Origin: Pseudomonadota bacterium
GTDB taxonomy: Bacteria; Pseudomonadota; Gammaproteobacteria; JAKAQQ01
DNA length: 64,000 bases
Direction of reading: 5' to 3'
NCBI GenBank assembly: GCA_027320085.1
Contig: DAHVLZ010000010.1
Location: 53,361 to 117,360, forward strand
Part shown: positions 22,854-32,482 of the stretch, piece by piece
How positions within the stretch are numbered: position 1 is the stretch's first letter
Layout of the letters: each line of letters opens with the position of its first letter
Translations under genes and position numbers: made by a program
Notes under the pieces: generated by a model
Told to the model about the DNA's origin: nothing
The model's input: only the letters and a program-made list of their open reading frames with translations
Database searches by the model: none

Positions 22854-24134
22854 TTATGCTGACGGGTCGGCGGGAGGTTCCCCGCCGACGAGATATTCCG
22901 CGAGTCCTGCCCGCGGGACGAAATCGGTGCGCCGCTCGCCCACGAGCGTCTTGACCTGGACCACTCCCCGCATCAGTTCATCCTCGCCCACGATCACGGC
23001 CCGCAGGGCCCCCGTGCGGTCCGCCTGCTTGAGTCGGGCCTTGAGCGAACCGGCCCCGAGACTGAACTCGATCTGCCGGCCGGGCAACAGGCGGTGCAGG
23101 TCCCGGATCAGTGCGAGACACTCGGCCTCGGCCCGGGCACCCACGGGGATCACGACGGCATCCGGCCCTTCGGACCGGCGGACGGGAACCAGGCTGGCCA
23201 GCCGTTCGACCCCGAGCGCCCAGCCCACGGCCGGGAGCGGGGGACCGCCCAGTTGCTCGACCAGACTATCATAGCGTCCCCCCGAGCAAACCGCCGATTG
23301 GGCACCCAAAGCCGGGCTGGTCCATTCAAAGACGGTCTGGGTGTAGTAGTCGAGGCCGCGCACGAGTGTCGGATTGATGCGGAACGCCACACCGGCCGCC
23401 GTGACGAGTTCGAGGACCCGTTCCCAGTGGGCGCGGGAATCGGGGCCGAGCGAGTCGATCAGCCGCGGTGCTTTTTCGAGGAGCACCCGGGCCCGTTCGG
23501 ATTTGCTATCCAGCAAACGCAGGGGATTGCGGTCGAGGCGCCGTGCGTCATCCGGCTCGAGTTCCGCCCGGTGGGGCGTGAAGTAGTCGAGCAGCGTCTT
23601 CCGGTAGCGCTCGCGCTCGCCGGAGGTGCCGAGCGTGTTGAGTTCGAGTGTGAGCCCGGTCAAACCCAGCGCGGCCCAGAGTTCGTCGGTGAGGAGCAGG
23701 AGCTCGGCCTCGAGATCCGGGGTGGGGATCCCGAACACTTCGACCCCGATCTGGTGGAACTGGCGCTGGCGTCCCTTCTGTGGCCGTTCGTGCCGGAACA
23801 TGGGGCCGGCGTACCAGAGCCGCTGGACGCCCTCCCGTCCCAGGTGGTGCTCGATCACGGCCCGCACGCACCCGGCCGTGGCCTCGGGTCGCAGCGCCAG
23901 GCGATCGCCATTGCGGTCGTCGAAGAGGTACATCTCCTTTTCAACGATATCCGTGACCTCGCCGATGCTTCTGACGAAGAGCGCCGCCTCCTCCACCAGA
24001 GGCAGCCGGATCTCCCGGTAACCGGCCCGGTGAAACACCCCACGAGCCACGCTTTCGATCCGCTGCCAGTGGGCGGTCTCGTGGGGCAAAAGATCGTTCA
24101 TGCCGCGGACGTGAGCCGGAGTCTCGCGCTTCAT
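22854..24134 (-). CDS. hisS: Histidine-tRNA ligase
   Basis: LRPEATA, FRHERPQKGR, RGLDYY, GGRYD. Confidence 0.97.
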   Translation of the reverse strand: MKRETPAHVRGMNDLLPHETAHWQRIESVARGVFHRAGYREIRLPLVEEAALFVRSIGEVTDIVEKEMYLFDDRNGDRLALRPEATAGCVRAVIEHHLGREGVQRLWYAGPMFRHERPQKGRQRQFHQIGVEVFGIPTPDLEAELLLLTDELWAALGLTGLTLELNTLGTSGERERYRKTLLDYFTPHRAELEPDDARRLDRNPLRLLDSKSERARVLLEKAPRLIDSLGPDSRAHWERVLELVTAAGVAFRINPTLVRGLDYYTQTVFEWTSPALGAQSAVCSGGRYDSLVEQLGGPPLPAVGWALGVERLASLVPVRRSEGPDAVVIPVGARAEAECLALIRDLHRLLPGRQIEFSLGAGSLKARLKQADRTGALRAVIVGEDELMRGVVQVKTLVGERRTDFVPRAGLAEYLVGGEPPADPSA

Positions 24135-24934
24135 GGCCGGGACTTCCCGCCCGGACCGGAAAGCCGGATGACGGCCACCCGGTGGGATCCGGTCCAGGGC
24201 GCAAGCCGGAAGGGTGTCCCATCGACCGTGAGACGGACGGCCGGCGCGTTGCCGATATGGACCCGGACCGGCGGGGTCACCTGCAGGGTCAGGGTTTTGC
24301 CACCGGTGAGGAGGGCGGCATAGACGGTGTGACCGGCATGCCCGATTTCGATCCACGACCGGTGCCGCAAGGTGAAGTCGAGCACAAGCCGCCCGGCACC
24401 GGGCCGCGAGGGCTTGGCCCGGACCGGCCGGAGCGGGCGCCGGGTCGCCCGGGAGGCCTTCGCGGACCGTGGAACCGCCGGGGCTTTCGGATGCGCGGAC
24501 CCCAGCATGGCGGGGAGCCGGCCGGCCGGCAGTCTCGAAAAATAGCCGATGAGGATCCCGGCGGCAGCAAACAGGAAAATTCCGCTCAAGACGGCCGGCA
24601 ACCAGCGGGTGCGTGCACTCCCCCACGGGGTTTCCTCGGCCTCCCGGGATCTCGCCGCAAGCAACGGAGAATCCCAGGCGGGGAGCGGTGCCAGCCGATC
24701 GATCAGGGCATCGGGCGGAAATCCGAGCCAGTCGGCGTAACGACGCAGATGGCCCAGGTAGTAGATCCGCGCGTCGAAGGCGTCAAGGCGGCCCGCCTCG
24801 AGCTGCTCCAGGATCTGGCGGGGCAGGTGGAGGGCCTGGGCCGCCTGTTCGAGGCTGACCTGCCGTTCGGCGCGGCGGTGGGCGAGGAGCGTTCCGGTCT
24901 CCACGCTGGTCAGGCGGGATTCGGGACTGGTCAC
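24131..24934 (-). CDS. rodZ: RodZ family cytoskeleton protein
   Basis: N-terminal HTH (YYLGHLRRYA), TM, C-terminal IGNAPAV domain. Confidence 0.88.
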   Translation of the reverse strand: MTSPESRLTSVETGTLLAHRRAERQVSLEQAAQALHLPRQILEQLEAGRLDAFDARIYYLGHLRRYADWLGFPPDALIDRLAPLPAWDSPLLAARSREAEETPWGSARTRWLPAVLSGIFLFAAAGILIGYFSRLPAGRLPAMLGSAHPKAPAVPRSAKASRATRRPLRPVRAKPSRPGAGRLVLDFTLRHRSWIEIGHAGHTVYAALLTGGKTLTLQVTPPVRVHIGNAPAVRLTVDGTPFRLAPWTGSHRVAVIRLSGPGGKSRP

Positions 24935-25695
24935 GATCCGGGATGGCGAAGGAAGGCAAGCGCCTCGGGCGAACCCGGATAGTCCCGGAGCAGGATGGCG
25001 CCGTAGCGGTCGGCCATCAGGCTGTCACCGAGCGCCCACTCGGTCCGGATGAGCAGCCAGAGCACGGGGGGGGCGGGACGGGGACCGAGATCGGCCAGGC
25101 GGAGCAGGTCACGGGCCGCCCGATGGAGATGGTGGGCCCGCCGTTCCACCCGGGCCAGCTGCCAGAGGGCCGGGGGATAGTTGCGGTCGAAGGACAGTGC
25201 CCTCTCAAAATCATGACGGGCGGGCGCGGCCTCGTGAATCCGGAGCTCGCAGATCCCGGCATTGGTGTAGGCCACCTCCGGGGTCAGGTAGGACGGGGTT
25301 CTCCCGGCCCGGTGCAGGTAGGCCAACCCCCGCCGGATCCGGTTGGTATGACAGAGGAAGACCCCGTACGCATTGAGGGTCACCGCATCGTGTGGACGGA
25401 GCGACAGGGCTCGCCGGTAGAGCCGGTCGGCGGTCTGGTTGCGTCCGAGTTCCACGTTGAGGAGGGCGAGCCCGTCATGGGCGCTCACGGAATGGGGATT
25501 GAGCTTGAGGGCCCGCTCGAAGCTGTGCATGGCGAGCGTGCGCTCCCGCCGGCGCAGATAGATCATGCCCATGGTGACGTTGTCCCGGGCTGCCGCCCGG
25601 AGGTTGACAGTCGGGCGGGGCGCCGTGGATTCGGTGACACAACCGGTCATGGCGCACGCCAGGCCGGCCAGAACCACCCCCTTGAGGATCCTCAC
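24931..25695 (-). CDS. pilW: Type IV pilus biogenesis lipoprotein PilW/PilF
   Basis: Lipobox MTGC, TPR repeats, NAYGVFLC, NAGIC. Confidence 0.88.
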   Translation of the reverse strand: MRILKGVVLAGLACAMTGCVTESTAPRPTVNLRAAARDNVTMGMIYLRRRERTLAMHSFERALKLNPHSVSAHDGLALLNVELGRNQTADRLYRRALSLRPHDAVTLNAYGVFLCHTNRIRRGLAYLHRAGRTPSYLTPEVAYTNAGICELRIHEAAPARHDFERALSFDRNYPPALWQLARVERRAHHLHRAARDLLRLADLGPRPAPPVLWLLIRTEWALGDSLMADRYGAILLRDYPGSPEALAFLRHPGS

Positions 25696-26816
25696 GCCGA
25701 AGCTCCCGCGAGCGCGAAGCGCTGCCGCTCCGGCAGACGGTTGGCCACCCGGCCGGCCAGCTGCCCGCAGGCCGCGGCAATGCTCTCGCCCCGGGGACGG
25801 CGGATCAGGGTCCGGATCCCGGAGTCGATCAGGCGACGCTGGAAATCCTCGATCACCGCGACGGGCGAGCGGGCAAACCCGCTTGCGGGAAAGGGGTTGA
25901 AGGGGATCAGATTGACCTTGACCGGGATGCCGGCCAGACAGCGGATCAACGCGCGGGCATCGGCCGGGGTGTCGTTCACCCCATCCAGCATCACGTACTC
26001 GACCAGGATCTCCCGGTCCGGGTGGCGGTCGGCATAGCGGCGCATGGCCCCCAGAAGATCCGTGAGGGGATGCACACGGTTGATCGGGACGAGCCGGTCA
26101 CGCAGTTCGTCCCGGGCAGCATGAAGGGAAATCGCGAGTGCGACGTCGTGCTCGGAAGCGAGCCGGTCGATCACGGGAACGAGGCCGGCCGTGCTCACGG
26201 TCACGCGCCACTTGGAAAACCCGTACGCACAGTCGTCGGTCAGGAGGTGCAGGACGGATGACAGCGCCGCGTAGTTCGCAAGCGGTTCGCCCATCCCCAT
26301 GAACACCACGTTGTGGACCGGCCGCTGGGGAGCGCTCACGGATCCGGCGTGCCAGACCTGCCATAACTGGGCCACGATCTCGGCACTCGTGAGATTGCGG
26401 CTGAACCCCTGGGCCCCGGTGGCACAAAAGGCGCAGTGCAGGACGCAGCCCGCCTGGGTCGACAGGCAGAGCGTACGCCGGTCCTCGTCCGGGATGACCA
26501 CCGCCTCGACCGCGTTCTGGGCATCCACTTGAAACAGCCATTTTTCGGTGCCGTCGGCATCGCGTGCGCGCGACAGGACCGGCAGCCGCCTCACCTCCGC
26601 GGTGTCGCCGAGACGGGCCCGGAGCGCCCGGCTGAGATCCGTCATCCGGTCGCAGTCGACGATCCCGCGCTGGTGGACCCAGGCCAAAACCTGGCGCGCA
26701 TGAAAGGCCGCCTCCCCGGCCTGGACCATCCAGGCCGCGAGTGCCGCCCGGTCAGACCCGAGGAGGGAGAGCGGTGCGGTCGGGTGCGGTTCAGGGATCC
26801 GTTCGGTCGCAGACAT
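25692..26816 (-). CDS. rlmN: 23S rRNA m2A2503 methyltransferase
   Basis: CxxxCxxC, MGMGEP, AACGQL. Confidence 0.96.
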   Translation of the reverse strand: MSATERIPEPHPTAPLSLLGSDRAALAAWMVQAGEAAFHARQVLAWVHQRGIVDCDRMTDLSRALRARLGDTAEVRRLPVLSRARDADGTEKWLFQVDAQNAVEAVVIPDEDRRTLCLSTQAGCVLHCAFCATGAQGFSRNLTSAEIVAQLWQVWHAGSVSAPQRPVHNVVFMGMGEPLANYAALSSVLHLLTDDCAYGFSKWRVTVSTAGLVPVIDRLASEHDVALAISLHAARDELRDRLVPINRVHPLTDLLGAMRRYADRHPDREILVEYVMLDGVNDTPADARALIRCLAGIPVKVNLIPFNPFPASGFARSPVAVIEDFQRRLIDSGIRTLIRRPRGESIAAACGQLAGRVANRLPERQRFALAGASA

Positions 26817-27225
26817 CGATCGCGCCGAAAAAGAAGTGGATTTCCTCGCGCGCCGTCTCCGGGCTATCCGAACCGTGAACGAGATTGCGTTCAATGCTCT
26901 CGCCCCACTCGCGCCGGATTGTTCCGGGAGCCGCCCGTGCCGGATCGGTCGCACCCATGAGTTCGCGGTTCTTCCGGACGGCCTCCTCCCCTTCGAGCAC
27001 CTGCACGAGAACCGGACCCGACGTCATGTAGTCGACCAGCGAGGCGAAAAACGGACGGGTGCGATGCACCGCGTAGAAACGCTCGGCCTCGTCCCGGCCC
27101 AGGCGGCGCATGCGGGCTGCCACGACCCTAAGGCCGGCCCGTTCGAAATGGCCAACCACCGCCCCGATGAGATTGCGGGACACACCGTCCGGCTTGATGA
27201 TGGAAAGGGTCCGTTCGAGCGTCAT
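26791..27225 (-). CDS. ndk: Nucleoside diphosphate kinase
   Basis: [18 protein letters not shown]. Confidence 0.97.
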   Translation of the reverse strand: MTLERTLSIIKPDGVSRNLIGAVVGHFERAGLRVVAARMRRLGRDEAERFYAVHRTRPFFASLVDYMTSGPVLVQVLEGEEAVRKNRELMGATDPARAAPGTIRREWGESIERNLVHGSDSPETAREEIHFFFGAIDVCDRTDP

Positions 27226-27340
27226 GAACTGTTCTCCGCAGACCGGTCCGGCCGGCCAGAAAGTAGAATGGAAACGCTTCAGTTTAGCGCGCGGGCGGCT
27301 GCTCCCGCAAATCGTGGTGCCCCCCGGGCCGCGGATCAGG

Positions 27341-27862
27341 TTAGGGCAGATCGTCGATGGCCCGCTCCGCGTGCTCCCGCATGCCTTCCTTGATTCCGTG
27401 CGCAAGGGTGATCAGGAACAGCTGGGCTCCTTCCCGCCTTGCGAATTTCATCGCCGGGATAAAATCGCTGTCCGCAGTAACCCGAACGATGACCTGCGCC
27501 TGACACTTGAGCGTCAAGCTCGCGATGTCGAGCCCGATCCTCCTATCGCCACCCTTCTGCCGAATGCTGGGCCTCACGTCAGAGGACGTCACTTCGACTG
27601 GGGATTCCGGCTTTGCCAAGATCTTGTGGTCAAGATTCCAGCCTTCATGACAGAGCTCGCCGAAGCGTAGCGCGAAGAACGGCCTTTTCATAAGATCCGC
27701 GTGGATGCGCTTGTTCCGCTTGGCCACTTCGGTTGCGCCAAAGTTGAGAGCACCGCCCCCGAGTGGTGCCGTGGTGATACCTTCCAGTGGTTGCGCATCG
27801 TAATAGTAGATGCGGTGGAGACACATCTCGCCGAGACAAAAGAAAATCAAGGAACTATCCAA
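27341..27862 (-). pseudogene. NYN (LabA/DUF88, PIN-like) protein lacking its N-terminus
   Basis: RIYYYDA, QKGGDRRIGLD (canonical QKGVD), ADSDFIPA; first catalytic Asp strand is missing. Confidence 0.7.
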
Positions 27863-27970
27863 TCCCCCGTGGCCGTAGTCACGGGGAACTTCGGGTTGGA
27901 CTGGATAAATTAATCAGAGGTTCCGTTACCTTATTTCGGGACGGCTCGCTTCTCCGTCGGTTGTTTTTGA

Positions 27971-27983
27971 GATACAATGTATC
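27971..27983. promoter_or_regulatory. Probable DinJ/RelB operator
   Basis: Palindrome GATACAATGTATC just upstream of the antitoxin RBS. Confidence 0.55.
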
Positions 27984-28002
27984 GCACTACGGAGGTACCC
28001 CG

Positions 28003-28281
28003 ATGTCCAGCACCACCATGATCCATGTGCGCGTGAACGAGAAGATCAAGACCCGGGCCACCAAAGCGCTCGGCGCCATGGGGCTTTCCATTTCCGACGC
28101 CGTGCGTATCCTGCTGACGCGGGTCGCGGCCGAAAAGCGCCTGCCGTTCGAGATCCGGATTCCGAACGCCGAGACCCGCGCCGCCATGACCGAGACCGAG
28201 GAGCTTCTGCGAGACCGGCGCGCTCACTTCCGCTCGGTCGACGAGATCTTCGATGACCTTGAGCAGAACCCCGGGAAGTAA
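28003..28281 (+). CDS. dinJ: RelB/DinJ antitoxin
   Basis: IHVRV..KIK, GLSISDAVR, LPFEIRIPNAET. Confidence 0.88.
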   Translation: MSSTTMIHVRVNEKIKTRATKALGAMGLSISDAVRILLTRVAAEKRLPFEIRIPNAETRAAMTETEELLRDRRAHFRSVDEIFDDLEQNPGK

Positions 28282-28582
28282 GCGCGCGCCACCGCCGCGC
28301 GCCGCGGATTTCGCCAAGCCGTTCCACAAAGATGGGGGGCGGCTTTCACACGCCGGTCGCTTTGACATGCGGCGTCTGAAGGAGGTGATGCTGCTCCTCA
28401 TCGCCAACAACGGACCGCTCGGCCCCGAGTGGCAGGACCACACGTTGACTGGTGACTGGGATACCTATCGAGAATGCCACGTCGGTGGCGATTTCCTGCT
28501 GATCTATCGACTCGATGGCAAGGCGCCGCACGAGGTCGTGGTGTTCGTGCGTGCAGGTACGCACGCAGACCTGTTCGAGTGA
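28253..28582 (+). CDS. yafQ: YafQ toxin
   Basis: DHTLTGDW..YRECHV..DFLLIY, GTHADLF. Confidence 0.88.
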   Translation: MTLSRTPGSKRAPPPRAADFAKPFHKDGGRLSHAGRFDMRRLKEVMLLLIANNGPLGPEWQDHTLTGDWDTYRECHVGGDFLLIYRLDGKAPHEVVVFVRAGTHADLFE

Positions 28583-28755
28583 GGAGCTGGCGAGGCCCTG
28601 GCCAGCCGTTATTCTATAACCCACTCTTTGCAGCACATAAGTGCCATTGTCATCGGCCGGGTCCCCGCCCTCGGCTGGATTTCCCTTGATTCGGCGCCCC
28701 GCTCGCGGGTTTCACAGGCCTAGCTCCTCTGCCCAAGGGATCCGCCGCCCCCCGG

Positions 28756-29082
28756 CTAGACCGTGAAGCTCTCGCCGCAGCCGCAGACCTCGCGCGCGCG
28801 CGGGTTTTCGAAACGGAACATGCGGTTCAGTCCCTGGCGTACGTAATCGACGGTGGTCCCCCGGACCAGGGGGAGATCGGCGGAGGCCACGAAGAGCGCA
28901 ACCCCCCCACATTCAATCCTTTGGTCCTCGGGACCCGTGGTCTCCGCATAGCCGATCCGCCAGCGGTAGCCGGCGCATCCCGACCGTTCGACGGAAATGC
29001 GGAGTCCCGGCATCTCCGGCCGCTTCGCCAGCAGGCTCCGGGCCTGGTTCACGGCCTCGGGTGTCAGGGTCAGCTCAGTCAT
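28756..29082 (-). CDS. iscA: Fe-S assembly A-type carrier
   Basis: SGCAG, CGCGESF. Confidence 0.93.
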   Translation of the reverse strand: MTELTLTPEAVNQARSLLAKRPEMPGLRISVERSGCAGYRWRIGYAETTGPEDQRIECGGVALFVASADLPLVRGTTVDYVRQGLNRMFRFENPRAREVCGCGESFTV

Positions 29083-29482
29083 CGGAAACCTCCCGCAGGG
29101 GGGCCAGTGCGGCCATCAGGGCATCCTCCACAATCAACGCCTCATCATAACGGGTGCGGGGATAACCCAGTTGACGGGCGACCGCGGCCCCGGTGGGCCA
29201 AAGACAGGTGGGCGGCTGCCCCTCGAGTGCATGGGCATAAAAGGCACACGCGGCGTTGGTCCAGGGACTGCCCCGGAAGCGGTAGCGGACCCGGGCAATC
29301 CGGCCGGCCTCGAGACAGAGCGAAAACTCGACCTCGGCCCCCGCCCCGGGGCTGCCCGCCCGGCCCTCATGGACTCCCGGGGTGCCGGGTTCAAAAGCAC
29401 CGGCGCGTTCGAGGTTGTGTGCCCAGAAATCGAAGGGAGAGGATCCGGCCACCCCCCATGCCGGGGACCGAGCCTCACTCAT
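29075..29482 (-). CDS. IscU/NifU-N-like protein lacking the canonical Cys ligands
   Basis: Between iscS and iscA with overlapping starts and stops; NLERAG, RIARVRYRFRGSP, IVEDALMAAL fit the IscU fold. Confidence 0.65.
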   Translation of the reverse strand: MSEARSPAWGVAGSSPFDFWAHNLERAGAFEPGTPGVHEGRAGSPGAGAEVEFSLCLEAGRIARVRYRFRGSPWTNAACAFYAHALEGQPPTCLWPTGAAVARQLGYPRTRYDEALIVEDALMAALAPLREVSDD

Positions 29483-30669
29483 CCGGCCTGCCGCCGGGTC
29501 GTCTCCGGTGCGATGGCGGACAGTCGGGCATAGGCCTGGGAGATGCAGAAGGCTGCCCGTTCGACCTCCTCCGCGGTCGTGAAGCGACCGAGCGTGATCC
29601 GCAGCGTGGACTCGGCCTCGGTGGCGGTGAGTCCCATCGCCTGAAGCACGTGCGAGGGCCCCCCGCGGGCACTGGAACAGGCCGAACCCTGGGCCACCGC
29701 GAGATCCCCCAGGAAGTAGATCAGACTTTCGCCATTGACCCCGCCGAAACTCACGCTGAGATGTCCGCAGGCCCGTGGCGCACCTCCTCCATTCAGTCGG
29801 ACCCGGTCCAGGCGGGAGAGCTCGGCCCACAGGGCATCGCGCAGCCGCCCGATACGGGCGGCATCGGCCGCCCCCTCCTCCCGGGCGATGCGAAAAGCGG
29901 TGCCCAGTCCCACGATCTGGTGGGTCGCGAGTGTCCCGGCCCGAAGCCCGCGTTCCTGCCCGCCGCCGCGGATCATGGGTTCGAGGACGAGCGTGGGATC
30001 GTGGCGGACGTACAGGGCGCCGATCCCCTTGGGACCATAGACCTTGTGCGCCGAGAAGGACATGAGGTCGACCGGCAGGACCGAGAGGTCGATCGGGAGC
30101 TTGCCCGCGCTCTGGACCGCATCCACGTGAAAGGGCACGCCGCGCGCGCGGCACCGCTGACCGATGGCCGCAATGTCCTGGATCACGCCGGTTTCATTGT
30201 TGACGTGCATGACCGAGCAGAGCACGGTCTCAGGTGTGAGCGCCTGGCCGACCCGTTCCGGATCCACCCGGCCCTCCCGGTCACAGGGCAGGTAGCTGAC
30301 CCGGAATCCCTCGGCCTCAAGTGCACGGGCCGTATCAAGCACGGAGGCGTGTTCGATGCGTGAGGTGACCAGATGGCGCCCCTGCCCCCGGCGCTGGGCG
30401 GCCAGTCCGCGCCAGGCCAGGTTGTTGGATTCGGTGGCTCCGGAGGTGAAGTAGATCTCGCGTTCCCGGGCACCGACCAGGGCCGCCACTTCCGCCCGGG
30501 CGTCCTCGACCGCCGCGCGGGCGGCACGACCCGGCACGTGCGTCACCGACGAGGGGTTCGCGAACAGCCCATCGGGACCCAGGAATCGGGCCATCTCCTT
30601 GATCACCCGCGGATCGGCCGGCGTCGTGGCGGCGTAGTCGAGGTAGATCGGACGCGGGGCAGAGGCCAT
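29479..30669 (-). CDS. iscS: Cysteine desulfurase
   Basis: YLDYAATTP, SAHKVYGPKG, GSACSS. Confidence 0.96.
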   Translation of the reverse strand: MASAPRPIYLDYAATTPADPRVIKEMARFLGPDGLFANPSSVTHVPGRAARAAVEDARAEVAALVGAREREIYFTSGATESNNLAWRGLAAQRRGQGRHLVTSRIEHASVLDTARALEAEGFRVSYLPCDREGRVDPERVGQALTPETVLCSVMHVNNETGVIQDIAAIGQRCRARGVPFHVDAVQSAGKLPIDLSVLPVDLMSFSAHKVYGPKGIGALYVRHDPTLVLEPMIRGGGQERGLRAGTLATHQIVGLGTAFRIAREEGAADAARIGRLRDALWAELSRLDRVRLNGGGAPRACGHLSVSFGGVNGESLIYFLGDLAVAQGSACSSARGGPSHVLQAMGLTATEAESTLRITLGRFTTAEEVERAAFCISQAYARLSAIAPETTRRQAG

Positions 30670-30742
30670 GCGGCATTATAACGCCGGGAGCAGCGGAGAC
30701 CGGGCTCTGCTATGATCCCCCCGTCCGTCCCGCGCCACGACC

Positions 30743-31744
30743 ATGCAGCCCATCGTCCAAATCGCCATCCGGGCCGCCCGCCGGGCCGGCGAGGTCATCC
30801 GCCGCCAAGCCGACCGGCTCGACCGTATCCGGGTTGAAGAAAAGGCACCCCACGATTTCGTGAGCGAGGTCGACCGGGCGGCCGAAGCCGCCATCGTCGA
30901 GGTGATCCGCTTCGCCCACCCCGATCACGCCATCCTGGCGGAGGAAGGCGGCCTGCTGGACCCGGGAGAGGGACGGGGCGGGGAACGCTGGATCGTGGAT
31001 CCCCTGGATGGGACGACCAACTTTCTCCACGGGTTCCCGGTCTATGCCGTCTCCCTCGCTTTCGAACGTCGCGGGGTTCTCGAAGCCGGGGTGGTCTATG
31101 ATCCCACCCGGGACGAATTGTTCGTCGCGAGCCGGGGCGAGGGGGCCCTCCTCAACGATCACCGGATCCGGGTCGCGAAGCGATTCCGGCTGGAAGACGC
31201 CCTCATCGGGACCGGCTTCCCGTTCCGGGACTTCGGCCGGCTGGGGGCCTATCTGGAACAGTTCCGCGCCCTCCTGCCCAAGGTCGCCGGCGTCCGGCGG
31301 GCGGGATCGGCGGCCCTCGATCTGGCCGCGGTCGCGGCAGGCCGGCTGGATGGCTTCTTCGAGCTCGGGCTCAAGCCCTGGGATATGGCCGCGGGGCTCC
31401 TGCTCGTCCAGGAGGCCGGTGGCGTGGCACAGGGTTTCGGGACCGCGGACCTCCCGCCACTGGAAAGCGGGGACGTGATCGCCGCAAACCCCCGCCTCCT
31501 CGAGGCTCTCCGAGCCCTCCTGAACCCGTTTTACGAGCCCTCAGGGTCCCTCGGCCAGGGCCGCCGGACGCTTGGGGAGGAGATCGGAGCGATCCACACC
31601 CAGCATGAGGGCGATCGCGCTCGCGATGAAGATCGACGAGTAGGTCCCGATCAGGATGCCCACAAAAAGGGCAATCGAAAATCCGCGCAGCACCGGGCCA
31701 CCCACCACCAAAAGGGCAATCACGACCAGAAGGGTCATGAATGA
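30743..31744 (+). CDS. suhB: Inositol monophosphatase family protein SuhB
   Basis: WIVDPLDGTTNF, WDMAAG; homology ends near 31540 and the ORF reads on into secF antisense. Confidence 0.93.
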   Translation: MQPIVQIAIRAARRAGEVIRRQADRLDRIRVEEKAPHDFVSEVDRAAEAAIVEVIRFAHPDHAILAEEGGLLDPGEGRGGERWIVDPLDGTTNFLHGFPVYAVSLAFERRGVLEAGVVYDPTRDELFVASRGEGALLNDHRIRVAKRFRLEDALIGTGFPFRDFGRLGAYLEQFRALLPKVAGVRRAGSAALDLAAVAAGRLDGFFELGLKPWDMAAGLLLVQEAGGVAQGFGTADLPPLESGDVIAANPRLLEALRALLNPFYEPSGSLGQGRRTLGEEIGAIHTQHEGDRARDEDRRVGPDQDAHKKGNRKSAQHRATHHQKGNHDQKGHE

Positions 31745-32470
31745 GGTCATGAGGGTCCTCGACAGGGTCTCATTGATCGCGATGTTCATGAGCTCGAACG
31801 GCGTGCCCTTCTTGAACTTGCGGAAATCCTCACGGATCCGGTCGAAGACCACCACCGTATCATTCAGTGAATAACCCATGATGGCCAGGATGGCGGCCAG
31901 CACATTGAGGTTGAAATCGATCCGGGTAAAGGAGAAAAAGCCGACCACAAAGATCACGTCGTGAACCGTGGCCGCGATGGCCCCCAGCGCGAAGCGCCAC
32001 TCGAAACGGAACATGACATAGACGAAAATCAGGATCAGGGTGGCCAGCATGGCCGTCAAGCCCTTCTCCCGGAGTGCATGTCCCACCTGGGGACCGATCA
32101 CCTCCTTGTCGACCAGCCGGGCCCCCGGAAAGTGGGCCGCCACGGTGCGGGCGATGGTCGAGGCGGCGAGGCTGGCCATGCCGGGTTTCTGCGGCTTGAG
32201 CCGGATCAGGACCTCGGGATGGTGGCCGAAGGGGCTCACATGGGCACTCGGATAGCCGGCCGCCGTCACCACCGAGCGCACCTGACCCAGGGACGGCATC
32301 GTGGGGAAGCCCATTTCGACCACGACCCCACCCGTGAAATCGAGCCCGAGGTTGAGACCCTGGATGGCCAGGGATCCCAGGGCCGCCACGAAAACCAGGG
32401 TGGAGGCCACGAGCGCGACCCGGCGCGCCGACAGGAAGTTGATGTGGGGAACGCGGTGAAAGAACTCCAT
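31541..32470 (-). CDS. secF: Protein translocase subunit SecF
   Basis: GLDFTGG, GYSLNDTVVVFDRIRE, GTYSSIF. Confidence 0.97.
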   Translation of the reverse strand: MEFFHRVPHINFLSARRVALVASTLVFVAALGSLAIQGLNLGLDFTGGVVVEMGFPTMPSLGQVRSVVTAAGYPSAHVSPFGHHPEVLIRLKPQKPGMASLAASTIARTVAAHFPGARLVDKEVIGPQVGHALREKGLTAMLATLILIFVYVMFRFEWRFALGAIAATVHDVIFVVGFFSFTRIDFNLNVLAAILAIMGYSLNDTVVVFDRIREDFRKFKKGTPFELMNIAINETLSRTLMTSFMTLLVVIALLVVGGPVLRGFSIALFVGILIGTYSSIFIASAIALMLGVDRSDLLPKRPAALAEGP

Positions 32471-32482
32471 GGACGACGATCC

